In this document: positions 16,345-24,939 of the stretch, in pieces | How the letters are laid out: each line of letters starts with the position of its first letter | Position numbering within the stretch: position 1 is the first letter of the stretch | Source: an uncultured Ruminococcus sp. | GTDB lineage: Bacteria > Bacillota > Clostridia > Oscillospirales > CAG-272 | Length of the DNA stretch: 35,620 bases | Assembly: GCA_902796675.1 (NCBI GenBank) | Contig: CADBQA010000073.1 | Location: 1-35,620, forward strand | Reading direction: 5' to 3' | Position numbers and translations under genes: made by a program | The notes under the pieces: model-generated | Told to the model about the DNA's origin: nothing | Database searches by the model: none | The model's input: only the letters and a program-made list of their open reading frames with translations

Positions 16345-16467
16345 GAGTGAAATCGGACGTGAAGTTTGCGCCGTTGGCGCAAGTGATGCAGTTCGCTTCG
16401 CGAACAGTGATGTATTGCGGCTATGCCGCAAAGTGATGTGATGTGTTCCGCCGTGGCGGAACACATC
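16331..16467. repeat. Array of five short, divergent palindromes, three followed by the heptamer AGTGATG
   Basis: Hairpins: TTGCA/TGCAA (16331-44), TTGCGCC/GGCGCAA (16366-82), GTTCGC/GCGAAC (16391-16405), TTGCGGC/GCCGCAA (16415-31), GATGTGTTCCGCC/GGCGGAACACATC (16440-67). AGTGATG occurs at 16382, 16406 and 16432. Confidence 0.8.
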
Positions 16468-16470
16468 GTT

Positions 16471-16522
16471 CCCAGCCACGCAAAAGGGCGATGCTTACGC
16501 ATCGCCCTTTTGCATGGCTGGG
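16471..16522 (-). terminator. tRNA-Gln terminator hairpin, extended into the tRNA 3' end
   Basis: CCCAGCCAcGCAAAAGGGCGATGC-TTAC-GCATCGCCCTTTTGCaTGGCTGGG. The arms are 24 nt with one mismatch. The right arm includes the tRNA acceptor 3' strand and CCA. Confidence 0.75.
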
Positions 16523-16588
16523 ATAGCAGGGTTCGAACCTACGATACAGGAGTCAAAGTCCTGTGTGTTACCACTACACCATATCCCA
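16515..16588 (-). tRNA. tRNA-Gln (anticodon UUG)
   Basis: Folded by hand. Acceptor TGGGATA/TATCCCA, D arm GTGT/ACAC, anticodon arm CAGGA-CTTTGAC-TCCTG, T arm GTAGG-TTCGAAC-CCTGC, and an encoded CCA. Confidence 0.93.
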
Positions 16589-16599
16589 CCGTGCGGTTT

Positions 16600-16628
16600 A
16601 TTATACCACAGCGCGAGGCGGGTGTCAA
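16600..16628 (-). promoter_or_regulatory. SigA-type promoter for tRNA-Gln
   Basis: On the minus strand: TTGACA (16628-16623), 17-nt spacer, TATAAT (16605-16600). Lies 11 nt upstream of the tRNA 5' end. Confidence 0.7.
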
Positions 16629-16655
16629 GATTTTTCGCGCTCACTTTTTTATATC

Positions 16656-16684
16656 TGTACAAAACGGTAAAAATATGGTATACT
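16656..16684 (+). promoter_or_regulatory. Candidate extended -10 promoter
   Basis: TGTACA (16656-61), 17-nt spacer, TGgTATACT (-10 at 16679-84). AGAGGGGA SD before the ATG at 16716. Confidence 0.5.
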
Positions 16685-16715
16685 GTAAAAAAATATTCCC
16701 AAAGAGGGGATTTAT

Positions 16716-17792
16716 ATGAAATATTACGGTTACAGCGGAAAAAAGAGCCAGAGCCGGAGAAAGGCGAACAAGAAGAGGCTCATTATAAATATCGTGATAA
16801 TCGCGTCGGCGGTCATACTGTCGGTGACGTTTGCGCTTTTGCTCGGGAACCATTTGAAGAAAAAGCTCGAGGAGGCGCCGATATCTCACGACCCGATAGA
16901 AGAAATCGTAAACAAGCAGGAGAAGCCCGACGACACGGGGTACGACTTCAAAAAGAACGACCGCGCCGCGTCGGAGATGGCGGCGGTATTCGGATATCTC
17001 GACCTCGAAGGGTGCCCCGACGCCGCGTCGGCGAGAAAATTCGTTTCAAATCTTAAGACGGCGGGTTACACGGGCGTCGTTTTCAGCGCGAAGGGCGCGG
17101 ACGGGAATTATTCCTTCGCCTCCGAGGAGGCGTACGCCATAGCGCATCTTACGCCGTCGGACGCCGTCGTGTCGCCGGGTATCATAGCGGAGGCGCTCGC
17201 CGAGGCTGAGTCTCTCGGCATGCGCAGCGCCGCGTATATTGACGTTGCGGACGCCGCAAACGCGGTTTCGTACGAGCTTGACCGCGCGGTGATACGCGAA
17301 CTTTGCTCGCTCGGCTTTTCGGAAATAATAATCGACGGCGCCGCGAGGGGCGACCTGACGCCCGCCGTTGCGATATCGGTTTACGGTATCGTCGGGGAGA
17401 TAAGGCGCGACTTTCCCGAGTGCGACGTCGGGCTCGTGATAGACCCGTCTGCTGTCGGCGACGCGGAGGCTACGAGCGCGCTTGAGATAATGTTCCGCTA
17501 CTCCGACTTCTTCGCGCTCGACTTTTCCGACCGCGGGATCTACACGGCGGACGCCGTGAAGGAGTTCTACAAAACTTACGAAAAGTCGGTATCGGTATAC
17601 TCCGCGCTGGCGGTAACGGGCGGCGGCACGCTTGAGGAGATAAGGAGCGCCGCGGCGACCTTTTCTTCCTTCAAGCCCGCGAACGTCGCCTTCGTGACGG
17701 CGCGCACCGACGCCGGGAGCGACTACGCGTCGAAGCTGAAATCCTATTCGCTGACCGAAAAAGAGACCGAAGACACTGCATCATCCGACTGA
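16716..17792 (+). CDS. Membrane-anchored hypothetical protein
   Basis: Basic N-terminus, TM segment LIINIVIIASAVILSVTFALLLG, then an extracytoplasmic domain of about 290 aa. It vaguely resembles DUF4015-type putative glycoside-hydrolase barrels, at low confidence. Confidence 0.75.
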   Translation: MKYYGYSGKKSQSRRKANKKRLIINIVIIASAVILSVTFALLLGNHLKKKLEEAPISHDPIEEIVNKQEKPDDTGYDFKKNDRAASEMAAVFGYLDLEGCPDAASARKFVSNLKTAGYTGVVFSAKGADGNYSFASEEAYAIAHLTPSDAVVSPGIIAEALAEAESLGMRSAAYIDVADAANAVSYELDRAVIRELCSLGFSEIIIDGAARGDLTPAVAISVYGIVGEIRRDFPECDVGLVIDPSAVGDAEATSALEIMFRYSDFFALDFSDRGIYTADAVKEFYKTYEKSVSVYSALAVTGGGTLEEIRSAAATFSSFKPANVAFVTARTDAGSDYASKLKSYSLTEKETEDTASSD

Positions 17793-17803
17793 CGGAGGAT
17801 AAA

Positions 17804-18802
17804 ATGAACGGACTCGAAGACACCCTTGTTACGGAGCTTATAACCTCCTCGTCCGGATGCGCGGATCTATCCGCTCCCGTACTGTTCAGCGGGGAGGACC
17901 TCGCGCTCGTCGAGATGAACGGCGCGGCGCGCTCGCGCTCGACGCTTCGCCGCGGCGACGACTTAAGGGAGCATCTGCCGCCCGACGACGCTCACGAGGT
18001 AAGGGCGTTGATACACCGACAGAACGCGGGACACACCGTGGCAAGGATAATAAAAAGCCGTGAATTCAGTTGGGCGCTCGTTATACCGAGGAGATTCTTC
18101 GGTATGAATTTCGGGCAGTTTTTCCTTTATAAAAACAAGAGAGAAATGCTCTCCTCGCAGTCCTTTCGCAGCATAGTTGCGCCGCCGCGTTTTTCCGGAG
18201 GTCGGGGTGCGCTTTACGTCAACAACGAGACGGAGCGCGTATACGGCGCCGTCGCGTCGTCGACTCCGTCCGTGCTCGACGTCAAGAGCGCGGCGCTCGC
18301 CGTCGTCAGGGAGGCTCGGACGCTTGGTATAAAGAACCTCAGATGCGCGACGTCGCTGCCGGTCGGAGAAGTTCTGATACAGGTTTCCGAGGTGACGCTC
18401 GCCGTCAGGACCCTCGCCGTCGCCTATTCCGTCGTTTCCGAACTGTCGTCGGAGGGCGAGGCAATGCTTAAGGTCGAGCGCGGCGAGTCGGACGCCGCCG
18501 TCACTTTCACATGCCGCGCCGTTACACCCGCGGGCCGCCTTTTCGGCGATTTCTCGCCGGAACTGATAGGAGAGGCGTATCCGCGCGTCGCCGCGCGCTC
18601 GAACATTCTTCACTACCTCTGTTCGCTGTCCGGGGTCTTTTGCTCCTTTGCCGTATCGGGCGGGAAAATCACCCTTCGTCTCGTCTTTCGTGAAGACGGT
18701 ACGGAGCCGATACGCGTGAAGCACGAGGACGCCGTGATCACCGGCGTTCCCGCCGAGGTCGGTCTTTTCATAAAATATCTTGCGAGGTTCGACGAATGCT
18801 GA
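17804..18802 (+). CDS. Hypothetical cytoplasmic protein
   Basis: 332-aa ORF with host-like composition. Its stop overlaps the comF start (ATGCTGA). No motif recognised. Confidence 0.7.
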   Translation: MNGLEDTLVTELITSSSGCADLSAPVLFSGEDLALVEMNGAARSRSTLRRGDDLREHLPPDDAHEVRALIHRQNAGHTVARIIKSREFSWALVIPRRFFGMNFGQFFLYKNKREMLSSQSFRSIVAPPRFSGGRGALYVNNETERVYGAVASSTPSVLDVKSAALAVVREARTLGIKNLRCATSLPVGEVLIQVSEVTLAVRTLAVAYSVVSELSSEGEAMLKVERGESDAAVTFTCRAVTPAGRLFGDFSPELIGEAYPRVAARSNILHYLCSLSGVFCSFAVSGGKITLRLVFREDGTEPIRVKHEDAVITGVPAEVGLFIKYLARFDEC

Positions 18803-19572
18803 AAACGCTGAGGCGTATATCGGAGCGTCTCGCCGTCCACCGCTGTCCGGCGTGCGGCGCGGTGACAAGGAGAGCGGCGACACTTTGCCCCGAGTGCCTT
18901 GAAAAATACGCCGAGGAGCGGGAGCGAAGATGCCCGTTCTGCAAAATGACCGCTCCCGTCTGCGTCTGCAGTACGAGAGAACTCTATTACTGCCGCGAGC
19001 TCGGCAGGACGATGCGCTCGATCCTCTTTTATTCGCCCGAAAACCCAACGGCGAAAAAGCTTATAAAAGGTCTTAAATATTCGTCAGACAGGGAAGCGGA
19101 GATATTTTTCGCCCGCGAGCTCTCCCGCGAGATATTATCTCTCTTCGCCGAGTCGGGAGAGGCGGCGAAGGAGTGGCGCGTGACCTTTCCTCCGCGCCGT
19201 CCGCGCAGCGTTCTCATGTTCGGCAAGGATCAGGCAAAGAGCCTGGCAAAGCTCGTCGCCGAATATACCGGTATGACATTCTCGCCCGTTCTCCGTCACC
19301 GCGGAGGAAAGGCGCAAAAGACGCTCGGCGCCGCGGCGAGAGTGAAGAACGCGGCGAGATCGTATTCAATGAAGAGGGGCGCCGACGTCAAGGGCGGCAA
19401 GTTCGTCATAGTGGACGACGTCGTCACGAGCGGCTCCACGATGTCCGCCTGTCAGACGATACTTCTCAAAAACGGGGCGAAGTGCGCCTTCGTCCTCTCC
19501 GTCGCCAAGACGCCGCGCCGCGGCGAGGGCGCGGATATGATGAGGAGCTTCAGAGGCAGAAAAATCGGGTAA
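18796..19572 (+). CDS. comFC: ComF-family protein (phosphoribosyltransferase domain with N-terminal double zinc ribbon)
   Basis: CPACG...CPEC and CPFC...CVC ribbons. PRTase motif FVIVDDVVTSGST. Confidence 0.85.
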   Translation: MLKTLRRISERLAVHRCPACGAVTRRAATLCPECLEKYAEERERRCPFCKMTAPVCVCSTRELYYCRELGRTMRSILFYSPENPTAKKLIKGLKYSSDREAEIFFARELSREILSLFAESGEAAKEWRVTFPPRRPRSVLMFGKDQAKSLAKLVAEYTGMTFSPVLRHRGGKAQKTLGAAARVKNAARSYSMKRGADVKGGKFVIVDDVVTSGSTMSACQTILLKNGAKCAFVLSVAKTPRRGEGADMMRSFRGRKIG

Positions 19573-19601
19573 AATACGTTTTTCTTTAGGACTTATTCCG
19601 A

Positions 19602-19630
19602 TTGACAGACTGAAAAAATGATAGTATACT
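19602..19630 (+). promoter_or_regulatory. SigA-type promoter for trpS
   Basis: TTGACA (19602-07), 17-nt spacer, TATACT (19625-30). Confidence 0.6.
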
Positions 19631-19662
19631 TATATGATAGATAACCATTCGAGAGGTATGAT

Positions 19663-20667
19663 ATGTTTCAGGACAAAAAAGTCGTCTTCTCCGGAGTACA
19701 GCCGTCGGGCTCGCTGACGCTCGGCAACTACCTCGGGGCGATAAAGAATTTTTCGGCTTTCTCCGACGAATACAGATGCTATTACTGCGTCGTCGATATG
19801 CACGCGATAACGGTAAGGCAGAACCCCGCGGAGCTTCGCCGCCGCACGTACGACACGCTCGCGCTTTATATGGCGTGCGGTCTCGACCCGGAACGAAACG
19901 TGCTTTTCGTACAGAGCCACGTCCCCGCTCACGCCGAGCTCGCATGGATCCTCGACTGCTACACGATGTTCGGAGAACTCTCCCGCATGACTCAGTTCAA
20001 GGACAAGAGCGCGAAGAACGCGGACAATATAAACGCGGGTCTTTTCACATATCCTTCTTTAATGGCGGCTGACATCCTGCTCTATCAGACGGAGCTGGTC
20101 CCCGTCGGCGTCGACCAGAAACAGCACCTTGAGCTCTCGCGCGATATCGCGAACCGCTTCAACGGCGTCTACGGCGACGTCTTCGTCGTGCCGGAGCCGT
20201 ACATCCCGACGACCTCGGCGAAGATAATGTCGCTCGCGGAGCCGTCGAAGAAGATGAGCAAATCAGACCCCAACGAGAACGCGGTCATCCGCATTCTCGA
20301 CGACCGCGACACGATCGTCAGAAAGTTCAAGAGAGCGGTCACGGACTCCGGGTGCGAGGTGCGCCGCGGAGAGGGCAAAGAGGGGATAGAAAACCTGATG
20401 TCGATCTACGGCGCGGTCACGGGCAAGAGCTTCGACGAGATCGAGCGCGAGTTCGACGGACGCGGCTACGGCGACTTCAAACTTGCGGTAGGAGAGGCTG
20501 TCGCCGACTCTCTCGAGGGTGTAAGACGGGAGTTCGCCCGTCTTTCCGCCGATAAGAAGTATCTCGAGGAGATAATGGCGAAGGGCGCCTCGGAGGCAGC
20601 CCGCGCCGCCGCGAGAACGCTCGGCAAGGTAAAGAAAAAAGTCGGATTCACCGATATAAGATACTAA
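19663..20667 (+). CDS. trpS: Tryptophan--tRNA ligase
   Basis: Class I motifs: GVQPSGSLTLGNYLGA (HIGH-type region) and KMSKS. 334 aa. Confidence 0.95.
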   Translation: MFQDKKVVFSGVQPSGSLTLGNYLGAIKNFSAFSDEYRCYYCVVDMHAITVRQNPAELRRRTYDTLALYMACGLDPERNVLFVQSHVPAHAELAWILDCYTMFGELSRMTQFKDKSAKNADNINAGLFTYPSLMAADILLYQTELVPVGVDQKQHLELSRDIANRFNGVYGDVFVVPEPYIPTTSAKIMSLAEPSKKMSKSDPNENAVIRILDDRDTIVRKFKRAVTDSGCEVRRGEGKEGIENLMSIYGAVTGKSFDEIEREFDGRGYGDFKLAVGEAVADSLEGVRREFARLSADKKYLEEIMAKGASEAARAAARTLGKVKKKVGFTDIRY

Positions 20668-20679
20668 GAAGGTGACGAT

Positions 20680-21954
20680 ATGAAAACAAGAGCCACGAGG
20701 CTTTACGGCAAAAACGACATACGCACGGAGGAGTTCGAGCTCCCCGAAATGGGTGAGGACGAGATCCTCGCCAAGGTCATCTGCGACTCGATATGTATGT
20801 CGAGCCACAAGGCGGCGCTTCAGGGCAAGGATCACAAGAGAGTCCCCGACAACGTCGCGGAAAACCCGGTCATACTCGGACACGAGTTCTGCGGCGAGAT
20901 ACTTAAAGTCGGCTCCAAATGGCAGGGCGATTTCGCCCCCGGCGACCGCTTCACGATCCAGCCGGCGCTGAACTACAAGGGCACGCTCGCCGCGCCCGGT
21001 TATTCGTACCGCAACATAGGCGGCGGCGCGACCTACGTCATAATCCCGAACGAGGTCATGGAGTGCGGCTGTCTTCTCAAATACAACGGCGACGCTTTCT
21101 TCTGGGGAAGCCTCTCCGAGCCGATGAGCTGTATCGTCGGCGCGTTCCACGCTAACTACCACGTCAAGCCCGGCACGTACGTTCACCATATGGGCACGGT
21201 CGAGGGCGGAAATATGGCGATCCTCGCGGGAGCGGGACCGATGGGACTCGGCGCCGCGGACTACGCCATCCACGGCGGCAGAGCGCCGGCCCTTCTCGTT
21301 GTGACCGATATAAACGACGAGCGCCTCGAGAGGGCGGCGAGCCTCCTCACAGTTGAGGAAGCCGCGCGCCACGGTACGAAGCTTGTCTATCTCAACACGG
21401 CGTCGATCGACGACCCGGTCGCGTATATGAAGGAAATGACACGCGGCGTCGGATTCAACGACATTTTCGTCTACGCTCCCGTAAAGAGCGTCGTCGAGAC
21501 CGCCGACGGCATCCTCGCCCGCGACGGCTGCCTCAACTTCTTCGCCGGTCCCACAAACCCCGCGTTCTCCGCGGAGTTCAACTTCTACAACGTTCACTAC
21601 GCCGCGACCCACGTCGTCGGCACGAGCGGCGGCAACACGGACGATATGAAGGAAGCTCTTTCCCTGATGGAGTCCGGCGCGATACACCCCGCGGGAATGA
21701 TAACCCACGTCGGAGGACTGAACGCCGACGCCGAGACGACGCTGAATCTGCCGAACATCCCCGGCGGAAAGAAGCTGATCTACACGCACATAACCCTTCC
21801 TCTCACCGCCATCGCCGACTTCGGCAAAGCGGCGGCTGAGGGCGGACCTCACGCGGAGCTTTTCCGCGACCTCGACGAGATCTGCCGCCGTCACAACGAG
21901 CTCTGGTGCTACGAGGCGGAGCAGAGATTACTTAAGGAAGCGAACGAAGATTAA
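20680..21954 (+). CDS. Zinc-dependent medium-chain dehydrogenase/reductase (sorbose-1-phosphate-reductase-like)
   Basis: CDSICMSSHK and GHEFCGE zinc-ligand motifs. Rossmann motif AILAGAGPMGLGA. Confidence 0.88.
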   Translation: MKTRATRLYGKNDIRTEEFELPEMGEDEILAKVICDSICMSSHKAALQGKDHKRVPDNVAENPVILGHEFCGEILKVGSKWQGDFAPGDRFTIQPALNYKGTLAAPGYSYRNIGGGATYVIIPNEVMECGCLLKYNGDAFFWGSLSEPMSCIVGAFHANYHVKPGTYVHHMGTVEGGNMAILAGAGPMGLGAADYAIHGGRAPALLVVTDINDERLERAASLLTVEEAARHGTKLVYLNTASIDDPVAYMKEMTRGVGFNDIFVYAPVKSVVETADGILARDGCLNFFAGPTNPAFSAEFNFYNVHYAATHVVGTSGGNTDDMKEALSLMESGAIHPAGMITHVGGLNADAETTLNLPNIPGGKKLIYTHITLPLTAIADFGKAAAEGGPHAELFRDLDEICRRHNELWCYEAEQRLLKEANED

Positions 21955-21967
21955 AATAAACGTCAAA

Positions 21968-22012
21968 TACCGACCGGAACAAGATTTTACCGTTCCGGTC
22001 GGTATTTTAATA
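21968..22012 (+). terminator. Rho-independent terminator
   Basis: 13-bp stem TACCGACCGGAAC / GTTCCGGTCGGTA followed by TTTTAAT. Confidence 0.8.
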
Positions 22013-22039
22013 TCTTTTACGCACTTTTCATATGATCAC

Positions 22040-22624
22040 TTATAAATCAAAATAGTTTTTTTCAGGATATAAACTAATAACATAGCTGAAACTGTCTTGA
22101 TTAAGTATGACGCCGTCATAAACGTCAAGGTAATGAGCGTCAATTGTATATGGGATAATAATTGTCCGTGATTCATAAGGCATTAAATCATCAACGATTT
22201 GTGACATATCCTCGTTATAAAAAAAGTTTTTCATCATCAATAGGTCCAGATTTGTTGAATAACCGCTATTGGTTTGTAAGGAGAAGTATCCGCAAAAAGG
22301 CATCGGTGATTCTTCGTTTTTCAGATTTGTTATTGACATAGTCAAAATGAAAACGTGTGTTTCATTCTCGTCCACATAAACCTCCAACCCATAAGTGTCT
22401 TTATAGTTGTATTCCTTTTTAAAGTCCCAATACTTCATCATCTTTGTCTGAACGATATCAAAAGCATAATCTTTATATATCATTGTTTCTCCGATATCGT
22501 ATCGGTTTATGATTTTTTGCGGATACTTTTCGTTTATTATCTTATACCGAATTACGCTGAAAGCAATTGCAAAAACAAGAGATATAATCGCAAAGATTAT
22601 AAGCGGCTTTTTAGTTGTTTTCAT
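22040..22624 (-). CDS. Membrane-anchored beta-sandwich-like protein (DUF4352-like pattern)
   Basis: N-terminal anchor PLIIFAIISLVFAIAFSVI. Pattern HVFILTMSITNLKNEE...FSLQTNSGY...LMPYESRTIIIPYTI. It overlaps the ATPase stop by 14 nt. Confidence 0.75.
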   Translation of the reverse strand: MKTTKKPLIIFAIISLVFAIAFSVIRYKIINEKYPQKIINRYDIGETMIYKDYAFDIVQTKMMKYWDFKKEYNYKDTYGLEVYVDENETHVFILTMSITNLKNEESPMPFCGYFSLQTNSGYSTNLDLLMMKNFFYNEDMSQIVDDLMPYESRTIIIPYTIDAHYLDVYDGVILNQDSFSYVISLYPEKNYFDL

Positions 22625-23246
22625 ATATTTTACCGCCTTTCATCTCAATTGTTTCATCCGAAATGTCGTCAAGCAAGGACCTATCGTGACATGAAAGGAT
22701 AATAATTCTATTTTCACATTTCATATCTCTGATTATTTCCTTAATATTTACAATGCTCTCCTCGTCTAAGGCATTGAAGGGCTCATCCAACAGCACCAAA
22801 TCAGGCGATTCGAAAATAGCTGCTGCTATACCGAGTTTCTGTTTCATTCCGAGGGAGAACTTTCCGAATTTTTTCTTGCTAAAAGGATCCAAGCCAACAT
22901 TTTTAATGGCATTTATTATTTCGTCATTTGTTGCTGTCCCTTTTATTGATGCTATCAGTTTTAAATTGTTGTATGCCGAATATTCAGGAAGCAGAGCCGG
23001 GGATTCTATGAGGGCTCCGACTCTTTCCGGAAAAGATATGTCTTCCCCCAATTTCTTTCCGTTTATTGTAATGAATCCTTTTGTAGGATAAATCAGTCCG
23101 CAAATAGCCCGGATCAACATCGTTTTTCCACTTCCGTTAACGCCGCGCAACCCGTATATTTTCCCCCCGCTCAAGGTTAAATTTATATTGTCCAGTATCG
23201 TTTTTTTGCGAATAATCTTTGTATATTCTCTTATTTCTATATTCAT
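22611..23246 (-). CDS. ABC transporter ATP-binding protein
   Basis: Walker A GVNGSGKT, signature-like FSLGMKQKLG, Walker B LVLLDEP, and H-loop SCHD. Confidence 0.92.
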   Translation of the reverse strand: MNIEIREYTKIIRKKTILDNINLTLSGGKIYGLRGVNGSGKTMLIRAICGLIYPTKGFITINGKKLGEDISFPERVGALIESPALLPEYSAYNNLKLIASIKGTATNDEIINAIKNVGLDPFSKKKFGKFSLGMKQKLGIAAAIFESPDLVLLDEPFNALDEESIVNIKEIIRDMKCENRIIILSCHDRSLLDDISDETIEMKGGKIYENN

Positions 23247-23248
23247 TT

Positions 23249-24091
23249 TTATGACCTCGGTAAGTAATCGATTTTTCTTAATTTTATGACCAAAATCAAT
23301 ATAACAACAAATAAAACAATCAATTCTGTAATAATAGCATCTGAAAATAAAAAACCGTTATAAGTACATATGTTGCTTCGCAATAACATAGAATAACTGC
23401 CTATAAGAAACGGGAATGAAAAATAGGCGGAGAGAACTTGATAGCAAATAATTGATATAAACCCGACAATTGGTCGAAATATTATTGTCAGTAGAGTTTG
23501 ACAAACCGAAATGACAAAGGATGTAAAGACCGGCAAGACTATAACGTACATTAGCAAGGATTTTGAATCAATTAAAACTTGTGATTCATAGTTGATTTCG
23601 TTAAGATTATAGCTTACGATTCCCGTTAAGCTTATATCGCATCTTGTCAGCCCGAGAAGTGTTCCAAACAAAATCACGGCTATTATGATCAAGTAGTATG
23701 ATAATACTACTGAAAAGCAATAGGCTATTTTACCAAAGAACCATTTGCGCTTTTTAGATGATCTTATCAATAATTGCTGACCGATTCCTGACATTTCATC
23801 GGTACTGTACTTTCCGATTGAAAAAGTAATAAACAGTTGTATTGCGAGCCATGAAGCCGGTATTTTAAACGGTTCCTTAAAGCCCGGGTCATACCTGTAT
23901 TCACCACGAAGGATGTGTATCAGTGCATCTGAAATCGACGGGTTTTCGTCAATAATTCCGGCAACTTTCATTGATTGGCACTCTGAAATGAAAAATGAAT
24001 AAATAGTCGCAGTCACTAAAAAAAACGCTAAATACTTAAACTTATTTTTTTTGAACGAATTTTTTATATCGTTAATAATTATGTTTATCAT
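23249..24091 (-). CDS. ABC-2-type transporter permease
   Basis: 280 aa with about 6 hydrophobic helices. It lies 2 nt upstream of the ATPase gene. Confidence 0.8.
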   Translation of the reverse strand: MINIIINDIKNSFKKNKFKYLAFFLVTATIYSFFISECQSMKVAGIIDENPSISDALIHILRGEYRYDPGFKEPFKIPASWLAIQLFITFSIGKYSTDEMSGIGQQLLIRSSKKRKWFFGKIAYCFSVVLSYYLIIIAVILFGTLLGLTRCDISLTGIVSYNLNEINYESQVLIDSKSLLMYVIVLPVFTSFVISVCQTLLTIIFRPIVGFISIICYQVLSAYFSFPFLIGSYSMLLRSNICTYNGFLFSDAIITELIVLFVVILILVIKLRKIDYLPRS

Positions 24092-24096
24092 TGTGT

Positions 24097-24939
24097 TTAG
24101 TCAATCGTCTCATTTTTACGTGAGTAAAAGAAAAGCGCGCATCCCGTTGACAATAAAAGAATTAGGAATTCGAAAATAATAATTTGCGGAGTAATGCCTG
24201 TTATCCGGGGAGTAGGAGATAAATAGCAAAAAGGTGAATATTGAGGTATATGCATGATGTCAAAAACAAAGTGGATAAACGCATAAGTCATAAACGGAAA
24301 AATCGTGGACATAAATTGACTTTTTGTCATTTCACCTATTACAAGGGAAAAAACAGAAAACAAACCAGAAAATGCAAAAATCAATAAAAAATATATTAGA
24401 ATGTAAAGGTTCGGATGAGTAAAATACAAGCTTGAAAGCATCATATTATCTGTTATCATCGACGTTCCGGTAGCCGGGTCGGGAATAATCGATGGTAACG
24501 TTAATATGCTGAGCCATAAATTCAAAAATAAAGGAAGAAGAACTGCAATTCCTCCCGAAATGAACGATACAATGTACTTTGACGCATAGTATCTGTTCTT
24601 TTTTTCTCTTATAAATAGCTGATATTGAAATCCTGTTTTTTTATCTTTGGCAAGTGAAATACCGCACGGTGTAGCCGCTAATATTGGAATAATCAAAAAA
24701 AGAATATATGATTGAGATGTATACCACTCGCCGCCTATCCATTTTTCATACCAAGTGTGTGGACACATCCCGCCAAAAGCCTCGTTTTTATATACGTCCA
24801 GATATTTGACACATGGAAGAACATTAAGAAAGTATTGCGATACTGAAATAACACATCCGATAAATAACGTGATCCAGAATAGTTTATTACTCAGAATTCT
24901 TTTTATTTCGATATTAATTAATCGTTTCATAACATTCAC
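24097..24939 (-). CDS. ABC-2-type transporter permease
   Basis: About 6 hydrophobic helices. The track start at 24939 is GTG. The ATG at 24930 (MKRLINIEI) is an alternative start. Confidence 0.8.
   Translation of the reverse strand: MNVMKRLINIEIKRILSNKLFWITLFIGCVISVSQYFLNVLPCVKYLDVYKNEAFGGMCPHTWYEKWIGGEWYTSQSYILFLIIPILAATPCGISLAKDKKTGFQYQLFIREKKNRYYASKYIVSFISGGIAVLLPLFLNLWLSILTLPSIIPDPATGTSMITDNMMLSSLYFTHPNLYILIYFLLIFAFSGLFSVFSLVIGEMTKSQFMSTIFPFMTYAFIHFVFDIMHIPQYSPFCYLSPTPRITGITPQIIIFEFLILLLSTGCALFFYSRKNETID

Noticed and set aside
16382-16443. AGTGATG repeats as C-box (RUGAUGA)-like snoRNA or k-turn motifs
   Set aside because: Box C/D RNAs are archaeal and eukaryotic. No matching D box (CUGA) pairing partner was seen in the right geometry.
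16314-17056. ORFs 16314..16502, 16423..16719 and 16514..17056
   Set aside because: They run through the palindrome array, the tRNA-Gln gene and its promoter, and lack start signals.
17963-19048. 361-aa minus-strand ORF overlapping the unknown 332-aa gene and comF
   Set aside because: It is extremely Arg-rich and spans two sense genes, including the motif-bearing comF. It is judged an antisense artefact. This does leave the 332-aa sense call slightly less certain than the others.
19573-19662. T-box leader upstream of trpS
   Set aside because: Only about 30 nt lie between the predicted -10 and the start codon. That is far too short for a T-box (about 200 nt or more), and no specifier or antiterminator structure is visible.
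20263-21894. 543-aa minus-strand ORF, the longest ORF in this part of the window
   Set aside because: It lies antisense to the well-supported Zn-dehydrogenase and trpS genes. It has the Arg/Val/Asp/Gly-rich composition typical of open antisense frames in high-GC DNA, and no motifs.
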